Shown here: positions 12,393 through 23,534 of the stretch, one piece after another
How the letters are laid out: each line of letters begins with the position of its first letter
Numbering within the stretch: the stretch's first letter is position 1
Assembly: GCF_001194135.2 (NCBI RefSeq)
Contig: NC_068991.1
Location: forward strand, 41,578,514-41,614,569
DNA from: Octopus bimaculoides
Lineage: Eukaryota
Length of the DNA: 36,056 nt
Reading direction: 5' to 3'
Made by a program: the position numbers and the translations under genes
Notes under the pieces: generated by a model
Databases searched by the model: none
What the model was told of the DNA's origin: nothing
What the model saw: the letters and a program-made list of their open reading frames with translations, nothing else

Positions 12393-13065
12393 CTGTAAGA
12401 TAAGCTGTATACAAATTTCGTATGAATTTAGGTGCTACATAATACACCCCACCCCACGAAAAAAAAAGAAGAACCATTCACTTAACCATTCTTGTAATTG
12501 TAAAATAACGAGATAATATCATATGCGTACATTGTCTCTGGGATTGTTGAGAAGAAATAGATAGGAAAAGTTAACTGTTTACTTAATTCCGTGTCTCTGA
12601 CCGTATCGACGCAATATATAAGAATTCATAGAGTTTAACGTGTAAGAGCACGTCTAAGAACACACAAGAGCCATTCTAATTCTCTTTATTTTTCAAAATT
12701 GTTTTCAATATATCAAAATATTTTCGTTCCGTTAACAGAAACCTAAATACGGCAAAAACAAATATGATGAGACAGTTTATTTTAAATCACTGTCAGAATG
12801 ATACCAAACTATATTTTACATTTTACGTGCGCTTTAAAATCACAAGATACTTTCATTTAGAAACAAAGTTAATACTTAAATTGTGAAAGAAAGACTGTGA
12901 AAGTGTGTGAACTAGACGTAGCTTCAAGTTAAGATTAGAGAAAGAGAGAGGTAAAAGAGTTGTAGTAAAGGGTTGTAGTAAGTCACATAATCTCATAGGG
13001 AGTGGTAGTGGGAGACAAAAATTGGAACAGTGGCATATATGCAGTCGCTCGACTTAGAAATCAAA

Positions 13066-13382
13066 TACTATACTAAGAAACCGGAATTTTGCAATATTAT
13101 TTTATTCACTTATTTTACATGTTTACACTTTTATCGCCTTCAAAGTATTCTTCATTTGAAGCAATGCATCGGCCCAGGTGCGTTTTCCACTATTCGAAGC
13201 AGTGCTGGAACTCTTGCGAAGTGATGCCTTTTAATGCCTCCATCGTTTTTTTCTTCACCTCTTTCACATCTGCAAGTTCCGTAGCACCAGCTTTCGTCAC
13301 CAATGATAACCTTCCAAAAAAAAGGTCCGGATCAACTCCCAATTTTTCTATCAGTTAATGAAATACATTCACTCGTGGCTGC
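13066..13382 (-). mobile_element. Mariner relic, same internally deleted family as 25-790; runs into gap 13383-13922
   Basis: The reverse complement aligns to ~600-780, including the same GDESWCY-to-C-terminus junction, then continues ...CIASNEEYFEGD and a TIR-like end. Confidence 0.82.
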
Positions 13383-13922
13383 NNNNNNNNNNNNNNNNNN
13401 NNNNNNNNNNNNNNNNNNNNNNNNNNNNNNNNNNNNNNNNNNNNNNNNNNNNNNNNNNNNNNNNNNNNNNNNNNNNNNNNNNNNNNNNNNNNNNNNNNNN
13501 NNNNNNNNNNNNNNNNNNNNNNNNNNNNNNNNNNNNNNNNNNNNNNNNNNNNNNNNNNNNNNNNNNNNNNNNNNNNNNNNNNNNNNNNNNNNNNNNNNNN
13601 NNNNNNNNNNNNNNNNNNNNNNNNNNNNNNNNNNNNNNNNNNNNNNNNNNNNNNNNNNNNNNNNNNNNNNNNNNNNNNNNNNNNNNNNNNNNNNNNNNNN
13701 NNNNNNNNNNNNNNNNNNNNNNNNNNNNNNNNNNNNNNNNNNNNNNNNNNNNNNNNNNNNNNNNNNNNNNNNNNNNNNNNNNNNNNNNNNNNNNNNNNNN
13801 NNNNNNNNNNNNNNNNNNNNNNNNNNNNNNNNNNNNNNNNNNNNNNNNNNNNNNNNNNNNNNNNNNNNNNNNNNNNNNNNNNNNNNNNNNNNNNNNNNNN
13901 NNNNNNNNNNNNNNNNNNNNNN

Positions 13923-13993
<71 letters not shown>

Positions 13994-14659
13994 TTCTGTT
14001 TGTGTTTTTCTCCTGCAACCGCTTGACAACCGGTGTTGGCGTGTTTACGTAACTTGGCATTTGGTAAAGATAAATACTAGGCTTAGAAAAGAAAAAGGTT
14101 CTAAAATTTTTGAGGGCGGCGCTTCAGCATGGCCGCAGAGTCTAATGACTGAAATAAGTAAAAGGGAAAAGAGATATGATATATATGTTCATGTATATGG
14201 ATGTGTGCGTATGTTCAAAGAGGCTCTCCAGTAGTTATGGGCAGTGCCCCTGACCTTTCACAGAGCCATCGAGACAAATAGGAGAGAGGGACAGAAGTAT
14301 CCTCAAACTGGACATCTGACCCGAATGCTTGCAACAAAGTAGACTGCTAAAGAAATCGAAAATGCTACCTGGTGTTGGTCTTAAACTATGAGACCAATTA
14401 AACATACAATATGCTACTATACATAGAGCATTTACTTATATACATACAAAACCCAATGAAAGTGTTACAACTTAGTTGATATGCTAGATGTAATTGTAAA
14501 ATCTCCTTCATATCATAATCTTAAATATAGTGCATCTGAAAAGAGTCGAGGTGTTTACACATTTGTACACAAAAACTTGCTTATGACAGCCTAATACTCA
14601 AGTAAATATACATTTATGCATGTCATAAGACACACTCATAAATGTGTATTGAACGCATA

Positions 14660-14975
14660 CTGAAGTACACACAGCATCATTCATATATGAAACAGGCACT
14701 CCATCGATTGCGACGACGAGGGTTCCAGTTGATCCGATCAACGGGACAGCCTGCACGTGAAATTACCGTGAAAATGGTTGAGCATGCATACCCTTAAAAT
14801 GGTTCTCAGGGAGACTCAGCGTGACACAGAATGTAACGAGGCTGGCCCTTTGATGTTACAGGTACAGTTCATTTTTGCCAGCTGAGTGGACGGATCAACG
14901 AGAAATAAAGTGTCTTGCTGCAAGATACATCACATCGCCGGGAATTGAACACACGGCTTTACGATCGTGAGCTGA
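14660..14975 (-). mobile_element. tRNA-derived SINE (family 2), head cut by gap 14988-15308
   Basis: Minus strand has B-box-like gtgttcaattcccgg and core gatgtatcttgcagcaagacacttt...tccactcagctg, which is shared with 16200-16327. Confidence 0.7.
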
Positions 14976-15619
14976 ATATATATATATNNNNNNNNNNNNN
15001 NNNNNNNNNNNNNNNNNNNNNNNNNNNNNNNNNNNNNNNNNNNNNNNNNNNNNNNNNNNNNNNNNNNNNNNNNNNNNNNNNNNNNNNNNNNNNNNNNNNN
15101 NNNNNNNNNNNNNNNNNNNNNNNNNNNNNNNNNNNNNNNNNNNNNNNNNNNNNNNNNNNNNNNNNNNNNNNNNNNNNNNNNNNNNNNNNNNNNNNNNNNN
15201 NNNNNNNNNNNNNNNNNNNNNNNNNNNNNNNNNNNNNNNNNNNNNNNNNNNNNNNNNNNNNNNNNNNNNNNNNNNNNNNNNNNNNNNNNNNNNNNNNNNN
15301 NNNNNNNNAAACTCAAGAGCACCAACGAATTTGAATCAAACTGTTTTGATCCATACATATAACTCCCAATAAATTTGTTGAGTGCCCTTCTTTTGTTTGT
15401 CCCCTCGCTCATATATATATAAACGGCGGTGCATCAGCATGGCCGCAGCTCTCAGCTGAAACTATAAAATATGTATTCATTCTGTTGAAGAGCGTAGCTC
15501 GAAACGTCAAAGACTTTCCGTATTCCTGAGCGTCATACTAATATATACTTTTGTTATTTACACCACCTGTCCTCGTCTGTTGTTATTTTTTGTATATTCT
15601 CCCATATATATATATATAT

Positions 15620-15660
15620 ACTAGCTTAAAATCCGCACTCTGTGCGATCTTTTAACCTAG
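15620..15660 (-). mobile_element. Helitron-type 3' terminus (non-autonomous, extent unknown)
   Basis: Minus strand has hairpin CGCAC-aga-GTGCG about 10 nt before CTAG|T. Confidence 0.5.
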
Positions 15661-15964
15661 CTTCTGCGGAGGGCTAATTGCGCCTGCAGCCCAAAACTAA
15701 AGAGGGATAAATAGCATGACTATAATATGTGGTGTTTGATCAGAGGTTAAGGGCGGATGAGAATTAATTCTGTAATGCAATCGTTCCAGTCCCACATTGA
15801 ATTCCTACGTTGAATTTCTACTGATTTTCAATCCCAGGTTCATCCTGATTGCAAAAAGTAATAACATGTCTATGTAGAGCATATGTAGTGAGAGATACAG
15901 GGGTTCCGGACAGATAGAATTTCGCGACTATTATTATTATTATTATTATTATTATACATACATA

Positions 15965-16325
15965 CATACATACATACATACATACATACATACATAAAAG
16001 ACTCCCTTCAGTCATGAATGACCATGGGATTGCACCTAGAAAGTTACCCTCTGAGGCACAAGTCTTGACAAGGTTGTTTGTGGAAAGCCAGCAGTCACCC
16101 ATGCGAACCAGCCTCCCCTCTCCATACCACCGATGTTATCCAAGGGAAAGGCAAAGGCCGATACAGTTTGGCACCAGTGACGTCATAACTCATTTCCACA
16201 GCTGAGTGGAATAACGTGAAAATAAAGTGTCCAACTCAAAAACACAACACGTAACCCGGTCCTGGAATCGAACTTACTACCTCATGATTATGAACCCGAT
16301 GCTTTAACTACTGAGCCATGTGCCT

Positions 16326-16327
<2 letters not shown>
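15965..16327 (-). mobile_element. tRNA-headed SINE (family 2-related core)
   Basis: Head gaaggcacatggctcagtagttaaagc (A box) and gttcgattccagg (B box). Ends in a (ATGT)n tail on the minus strand. Confidence 0.78.
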
Positions 16328-16370
<43 letters not shown>

Positions 16371-16550
16371 CATGTACACACAAACACACATGTACACACA
16401 AACACACATGTACACACATACACACATGTACACACATACACATACACACATGTACACATACACACATGTACAGACATACACACATGTACACACATACACA
16501 TACACACATGTACAGACATACACACATGTACACACACACACGCACACATG
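16328..16550. repeat. (CA)n-derived minisatellite with CACATGTACA units
   Basis: Direct reading of the sequence. Confidence 0.9.
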
Positions 16551-16552
16551 TA

Positions 16553-17408
16553 CTAGCGAGACTCCCGGCCTTCAGCCCGGTTTGTACTATGTTAAAATGT
16601 ATTCATAAGGTACATATTAACATCTATCGGAATTTTTCATTTTCCTTACAATAAAAGTTGTAAAAGAGTATTTAAATATTGCATGACAAAATTTTAAGGA
16701 TTTATTTATGATACCTATATACAAAAGGTAATAAAGATAATAATAGAGAAATGTATTGTACAAAAATTACAAAACATTTACAGAACTTCAGTATATACAG
16801 TGTTTTTAACTTTTTACGTCGGAGCATATATGAAGAGTCTCTGTGGGCTTCCTACATACAATTGACCACGTGAGAAACAACCCTCTTCTAGATGGAAACA
16901 GACAACCTGCAGTGTTAGACCTTGGGACTTATTAATGGTCAATGCGTAACTGACTCTGACTGGGAATTGCAATCGTTTGAAACGAAAGGGGACATCTGTT
17001 GGTATTGGTGGTATTCTAGGTATAAATACAATGTCTCCCTTACCACATCCAGTGAGAATTTTTGCTTCGATAATGTGAGGTTGTAATCCAGTCACAATCA
17101 TATGTGTACCATAGCACAACCTTGGCTGATCCAGGTTTCTGAGAAGCACGATGACTGCATCCTTCTTCAATTCAAGTTGTGTGGCGGCAAACCGGACGGT
17201 TCCAGACTGTTGAGGAATTCAACAGGATAATGAACAGCATCGTCCTCGAGAACAACTTTGTCGATAGATTTATTGATGTAGCTATCTCCATCTCCCCTCT
17301 GTCACACTTGTTTTTCTCCCTAACCCCCTTTCTATCTGTCTCATATATTTTCTCTCTAGAGAGAAAAAGAGGTAGAGGTAGTGAGAGAGACACACATATG
17401 CAACTAGA

Positions 17409-17447
<39 letters not shown>

Positions 17448-17620
17448 GAAGATAGTGAGAGAGATAGAGACATAGAGAGGGACATATATATAAAGAGAAA
17501 GCAGAGGTCAGGCATCTCACTTGTTTTTTCTTCGTAAGCCCCTTTCTCTGTCTGTCTCTCATGTGTTTTTTCTCTAGAGAGAAAACGAGGTAGAGGTCAT
17601 GAGAGAGACATACACATACA

Positions 17621-17708
<88 letters not shown>

Positions 17709-18433
17709 GAGCTAATGAAAGAGATAGAAACATAGAGAGGAACATATAGAAAGTAGAGGTCCGGCGGTGACTTCAAAGGAATAAATATAATGTATAAAGC
17801 TAGAGAAAGCTGGAGGTGGATTGAGTGGTAGGTAGAGTACTTTTTCATTATAAAAAAACATTACAGTGAAATAGAAAGTATGTGAAGTATATTTGCCACT
17901 TAAATACGGCTAGACCCTAAGGGTGAATGCTACTGTTGCTTTTAGCTCCAGGAGAACTTCTCCTCCAGCTGGCTATTGACACACTTTCTGTGTCCTGTCG
18001 GTATTTGCAAAGGGAAGCCATCCTTCCCATCGTCGATCTGACGTGATACACACGGGCCCGGCTTTCTGGGTAGTTACCCTTCGTCAGCGTACGACAATCA
18101 CCGATCTTCGATGCGAAGGGCTCCCAATGCAAGTACATATATACTTTTTCCAATGGTGGATTGCTAGAAATAGGAGCCAATACACCACCAACTCGCCCCC
18201 CCACCAATCCGTTTTCGGAAAATAAGTGCACAGTTATCTGCGAAATGATGAAATTAATTTAAATGACTTAAAAAAACCTGAAATATTATCAATTTTATTT
18301 TCAGCAGCCAGCGTAGAGACAAAGAAACAAACTTTACTTTTTATATTTAGTGTTTTCAGCGATCAACGTACAAACAAAGAAACGCTGCTTTTTAGAAGGA
18401 TATATAGACATTACGGTGAAATAGGCAGTAAGT
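16553..18433 (-). mobile_element. Helitron remnant (RepHel N-terminal piece, PIF1 helicase C-terminal piece, intact 3' end)
   Basis: ORF 16814..17170 reads VLLRNL...FIPRIP...FKRLQFPVRVSYALTINKSQG...FSRGQLYV, preceded by [16 protein letters not shown]. 17917-18231 resembles the RepHel N-terminus. The 3' end is CCGGGCTGAAGGCCGG hairpin ...CTAG|T at 16553. Confidence 0.82.
17283..17765. repeat. Two tandem ~230-bp (GA)n-containing units inside the Helitron
   Basis: cacttgtttt...ctctagagagaaaa.gaggtagaggt...gagagagaca...(GA)n...catagagagg occurs twice. Confidence 0.8.
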
Positions 18434-18783
18434 NNNNNNNNNNNNNNNNNNNNNNNNNNNNNNNNNNNNNNNNNNNNNNNNNNNNNNNNNNNNNNNNNNN
18501 NNNNNNNNNNNNNNNNNNNNNNNNNNNNNNNNNNNNNNNNNNNNNNNNNNNNNNNNNNNNNNNNNNNNNNNNNNNNNNNNNNNNNNNNNNNNNNNNNNNN
18601 NNNNNNNNNNNNNNNNNNNNNNNNNNNNNNNNNNNNNNNNNNNNNNNNNNNNNNNNNNNNNNNNNNNNNNNNNNNTGTTTTCAGTGGTCAACGTACAATC
18701 ACAAAAAGTTTGCTTTTTATAAGAATACACGCACACACGTATAAACACTTGCACTTGCATAAGCACGCCCTCTCTCTCACATT

Positions 18784-18905
18784 CACTCACATACATACTC
18801 ACAGGGTTAGGGTTTGGGTTATGTTTTAAGGCTACAGTTTAGGAGTTGGGATTTAGGGATAGGGTTATTTTAGAAGTTAGGGTTTGAGGTTCGGGTTTGA
18901 AGTGA
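18784..18905 (+). repeat. Degenerate TTAGGG-like repeats
   Basis: agggttagggtttgggtt...tttagggatagggtt...gttagggtttgaggttcgggttt. Confidence 0.6.
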
Positions 18906-19173
18906 GGGATTGAAAAAAAAAAAAACTGAATTTATAGATTTTTTTCACAATCGCAATCACAACTGTAATTTGTTTAGAATATAGAAATCCAAAGGAAAAA
19001 ATACGGTGTTGTTTAATCCGAAATTTTCCGCTCACATTTAATCAAAAAGCATTGCATTAATTTAATTATTTTGTGAAGCTAACATTAATACTGGATATTT
19101 CGGCTAGTTATTTATGTTCAAATTTAACATATAATCGTCAGTACATGTTTTTACAAAAGTTTTTCAGTATTAC

Positions 19174-19344
19174 CTTCCTTTTGTGGGGATGAGCATGTCT
19201 GTTTGGTACATATTATAATGCCTTCAGGCTTGCAGCTGCAACGATTACATTTATCTATAGCGACAAATATCTGTCCAATTATGTATACTTGTCCATTATA
19301 ACGGCAAACTGAGGAAGATTCCCTGGTCTTTTGCGTTGTAGTTT
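19174..19344 (-). CDS. Exon F: pacifastin/VWC-like module, (E)TTTQKTRESSSVCRYNGQVYIIGQIFVAIDKCNRCSCKPEGIIICTKQTCSSPQKE(G)
   Basis: 171 nt, hand-translated and not in the ORF track. Acceptor tttgtttcag|AA, donor GAAG|gtaata, phase 1-1, 6 Cys. Confidence 0.88.
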
Positions 19345-19887
19345 CTGAAACAAATTTTACAAAAAATTCAACAAAATTTCAATTTGCTACATTCCATACA
19401 AAATATACATCGGTTATTGAAGCGGGTACTAGAAAATAGAATGCTTCCTGTTTATTGTATTTATGTTCTTGACCTTTTCGTTGATGCCTTTGCTCGTTGT
19501 CAACGCTGTCGTCAATTCTTTGATAATTCTACTGCTTTACATGTGGAAGTAGTTTAGTTTGAGAATTTGTGAGCTGTAATTGCTAATACAAATTGTAAGA
19601 GACGTATGTATGTATGTATGTATGTATGTCTATATGTATGTATTTTTTATTCAGTTATATTTCAAGATTTCTTGCCACTAGAGAAAGAGCCGGTTCCTAA
19701 CCTAGATCCAAGGCTCCATCTTTTGGAATTTCAACATCAACAGCAGGTTATGTTTGTATGTATGCATATGAGCAGATTTGTATGTTTTGTTTTGTGTATG
19801 TATTCTCATGCATATAGTTGCATATCTAGACATCTCTTATATACATTATTAACATTGGACGGATATGCGTCCTCAGCTTGTTTGTTG

Positions 19888-19940
19888 TTACCATAACGTT
19901 TCAGCCGATTTACTCTCCAGCCTTCATCAGGCGTCCTGAT
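19888..19940 (-). ncRNA. Minimal type I hammerhead-ribozyme-like motif (inverted copy)
   Basis: Minus strand reads gacgc CUGAUGA A GGCUG gagaguaaau CGGCU GAAA CGUU auggua. Confidence 0.48.
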
Positions 19941-20115
19941 AGAATTTTGAATCCAGCCCTGGGTTCCCATTCCTAAGGTATTTTTTGCTGATGTTGATGT
20001 TGTTATTGTTATTATTATCATTATTATTATTATTATTATTATTAATATTAATATCTAAGAGCGCGGGCTACTAACTCCAAGATTCCGAGTTCAATTCCAG
20101 GCAGTGCCTTGGATA

Positions 20116-20179
<64 letters not shown>

Positions 20180-20228
20180 TCTGCAAAAAATACCTTAGGA
20201 ATGAGAACCCAGGGTTGGGTTCAAAATT

Positions 20229-20283
20229 CTACCAGGACACCTGATGAAGGCTAGTGAGTAAATCAGCCGAAACGTTATGGTAG
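20229..20283 (+). ncRNA. Minimal type I hammerhead-ribozyme-like motif
   Basis: CUGAUGA (20241-20247), A, stem II GGCU/AGCC, GAAA (20269-20272), CGUU. Stem I is imperfect. Confidence 0.5.
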
Positions 20284-20399
20284 CAACAAACAAAATGAGG
20301 ACACAAATCCGTCCAATATAAATAATGTAAATTATGTAAATAATGTACAAACTTCCTCATCTCTAAAATATAGAACAGTATGCTCTTATATACTTAAAT

Positions 20400-21692
20400 A
20401 ATAAACTTCTGGAAAGTTTCACAGAGTTTTACAGTTCCAGTGATGAGGTGGGTCTATAGCCTTCGAATCAGCTTTCTTCTTTCTGGTTTTGAGAAGCCTA
20501 ATTTCTCAAGATTGGTATTTAGACAATGTGTTGCATATCCCAGGGCCCAAATAATTACAGGTATAAACCTGAACTTGTAATCTGAATAGAGTAACTGCAG
20601 GCTGGAGAGTAAATCAGCTGAAATACCTATCAGCATAGGTATTCTCTTTTTCATTGATCTTCAGCTTTATGTTAACATCTACTGGGAAGCTAATTTCCAC
20701 AACTGTGCACAGTTTCTCTTCTCTATCCCAAATCATTATATCAGGTCTATTGTGTTTACATTTTATTGAAGTTTTCACTGGGACATTCCACCAGTATTCC
20801 TTTTTATTATGAGTGGCTATGGCTTTCACCATACTGTGGGTTCTTATCTCTTTGCCCTTGAAGATATCTTCAGTGTTAACTCCACAAAATCTGCATCGAT
20901 TCTCACATTTTGCGGCTTTTCCTGCATCTCTGTCCCTTTTGTGCATCAGGTATTTGGTTGATATTTCCTGTTCCTGGATTGCAAACGCATATCCTTCGAA
21001 GTGGGGGGTAGTAATCCGGTTGTTGCTCCATGATAGACTGCTTTGATGATCAAAGTTACTATCATCTTGGAGCTTTCTACTAACATATCCATGCATGGTC
21101 TTCTGCTGATATATGCTTATCTTTTCATGTGATGATACATTGGGTAGAGTTGTGCAACTTGTTTGGGCATGTATTTAAGGTTATCAGACAAGGAATGCTG
21201 CTGAGTGAGATACTTTTCAAGTCTTATGTTATCAGCCTCATGTATGCAAACTTGGTCATGGAATGCATTTCGTCACTTGGTGGTTAGAAGATACTGCTGA
21301 AGGGGTATAATGCGACGTTCAAGGGCAGTCTGGATTGATCTCAAGCCATTGCCACCTTGTTTTCGTTTTAGGTAGTGGCGGTCTACGTCACTGTTGATGT
21401 GGACATTGTGTGCTGGTTGGTATCTTCCGGGTTTTCACATCAAAGGCTCAGATCTCATCAAGCGTCCAATCAAGCAGCCAAAATGTTGGTATGAGTACTG
21501 GCACTGCAAACACATTGTGGGTCACTGTTTTATTGGATGCAGAGAGTTCCGAGGTCCAAATTTTCTTTATTCGATTGTAATATACTTTCGTGATACGTGT
21601 TTTGTTGCAGGAGCTATTGTAAAATATGTTTTTATTCACCCCTAAATACCTGTAACATTCCTCATCAGATATAGGGGAAACAGTCAAGTCAT
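20400..21692 (-). mobile_element. R4/Dong-type RLE LINE fragment (degenerate)
   Basis: Contains YRYLGV, GYAFAIQEQEISTKY, CRFCGVNTEDI, RPDIMIWDREEKLCTVVEISFP. Confidence 0.85.
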
Positions 21693-21726
21693 TGATGTAT
21701 GTATGTATGTATGTATGTATGTATGT

Positions 21727-21919
21727 ATGTTAATCGAAGTGTACAACATTATATATCCATTACGGCTGATTTTACCAATGAGTTTCGCACTAAGGGTTGA
21801 GCAAGATGTTAGATAACAGCTCGATTATGTAACTCAACATCTTGCTGAACCCCTAATGCAAAACCGATTATAACATCGGCCGTGATGTATATATAATACT
21901 GTACACTTTGATTAACATA
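21727..21919. repeat. ~190-bp fold-back (palindromic MITE-like) element
   Basis: The left arm tatgttaatcgaagtgtaca...gggttgagcaagatgtt pairs with the right arm aacatcttgctgaaccc...tgtacactttgattaacata around a ~10-nt loop. Confidence 0.8.
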
Positions 21920-22008
21920 TCTATTCTAAGGACAAATATAAGAATGCATATTTTCTCTGACTTATGGATTCGTAGACGGCTATATCTGTCTGTCTATCTG
22001 TTTCTCTT

Positions 22009-22089
<81 letters not shown>

Positions 22090-22898
22090 NNNNNNNNNNN
22101 NNNNNNNNNNNNNNNNNNNNNNNNNNNNNNNNNNNNNNNNNNNNNNNNNNNNNNNNNNNNNNNNNNNNNNNNNNNNNNNNNNNNNNNNNNNNNNNNNNNN
22201 NNNNNNNNNNNNNNNNNNNNNNNNNNNNNNNNNNNNNNNNNNNNNNNNNNNNNNNNNNNNNNNNNNNNNNNNNNNNNNNNNNNNNNNNNNNNNNNNNNNN
22301 NNNNNNNNNNNNNNNNNNNNNNNNNNNNNNNNNNNNNNNNNNNNNNNNNNNNNNNNNNNNNNNNNNNNNNNNNNNNNNNNNNNNNNNNNNNNNNNNNNNN
22401 NNNNNNNNNNNNNNNNNNNNNNNNNNNNNNNNNNNNNNNNNNNNNNNNNNNNNNNNNNNNNNNNNNNNNNNNNNNNNNNNNNNNNNNNNNNNNNNNNNNN
22501 NNNNNNNNNNNNNNNNNNNNNNNNNNNNNNNNNNNNNNNNNNNNNNNNNNNNNNNNNNNNNNNNNNNNNNNNNNNNNNNNNNNNNNNNNNNNNNNNNNNN
22601 NNNNNNNNNNNNNNNNNNNNNNNNNNNNNNNNNNNNNNNNNNNNNNNNNNNNNNNNNNNNNNNNNNNNNNNNNNNNNNNNNNNNNNNNNNNNNNNNNNNN
22701 NNNNNNNNNNNNNNNNNNNNNNNNNNNNNNNNNNNNNNNNNNNNNNNNNNNNNNNNNNNNNNNNNNNNNNNNNNNNNNNNNNNNNATATATATATATTTA
22801 TATATATATATATATGGGTACGCTATGGGTACGTATTTCTAGAATAATTTAGCATACAACTTTCAAATATATTTTACTTCCAAAATAACAAGTATTAC

Positions 22899-23045
22899 CT
22901 TGACATTTCTCTTTGGTACATGATATTTTTCCTTTGAATTTGCAGATGCAATGATTGCATTTATCTATGGCAATGAAGGTCTGTCCAAATACAAATATTT
23001 TCCCATTGTAGCGGCACTCTACTTTAATGTCGATTTTTGTTGTTG
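22899..23045 (-). CDS. Exon E: pacifastin/VWC-like module, (A)TTKIDIKVECRYNGKIFVFGQTFIAIDKCNHCICKFKGKISCTKEKCQ(G)
   Basis: 147 nt. Acceptor (t)n-acaacag|CA, donor CAAG|gtaata, phase 1-1, 6 Cys. Confidence 0.87.
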
Positions 23046-23366
23046 CTGTTGTAAAAAAAAAAAAAAAGAAATAAAATAAATGTTTTAAACAAATTAAATA
23101 AAACTTTGAATACAGCACCCTCCTCCAGAAGATAACAGACAAGAGATTAACTGGGTGAGCAGTTTGTGACACAGACAAGATAGATGAAATAAAAGAGTTA
23201 ACAACAGATAATGAGAGTAAAAGAGGAGAGTGGGAAACAAGAAGATAAGTCCGACAATTTAGAATTAAAAGTACTGTAAACCTTCATCTAGACGTAAACG
23301 ATTTTATATAAAGCAATGAACATATAATTCAGTGTCAGATATTCCATAAATATCTTTTAATATTAC

Positions 23367-23534
23367 CTTGCATTCTTGGAGGCGGGCATGTTCTCTTGCT
23401 ACAAGTTATAACACCTTTGCTCTTGCAGCTGCACTGATTACACTTATCTACGGATGGGAACGTTTGTCCAAATATATATACGTGTCCATTGTAGTGGCAT
23501 ATAGCGAAAAGGTCGAACTTTTCTGTTGTAATTT
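23367..23534 (-). CDS. Exon D: pacifastin/VWC-like module, (E)ITTEKFDLFAICHYNGHVYIFGQTFPSVDKCNQCSCKSKGVITCSKRTCPPPRMQ(G)
   Basis: 168 nt. Acceptor catcttttag|AA, donor CAAG|gtaata, phase 1-1, 6 Cys. Confidence 0.88.

Larger units (their letters stand above)
19800..20400. mobile_element. Inverted pair of Penelope-pLTR-like repeats, one with a tRNA-like head fragment
   Basis: 19842-19991 is the reverse complement of ~20180-20335 with scattered substitutions. The spacer holds (ATT)n, a B-box fragment gagttcaattcc near 20090, and (AAT)n. Confidence 0.7.

Noticed and set aside
16814-17170. Host PIF1 helicase gene
   Set aside because: The fragment is frameshifted and followed by a Helitron hairpin-CTAG terminus, so it is transposon-derived.
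589-22852. Long ORFs of 130-430 aa containing X runs and homopolymeric or dipeptide tracts
   Set aside because: Artefacts of N-gaps and microsatellites, with no real coding signal.
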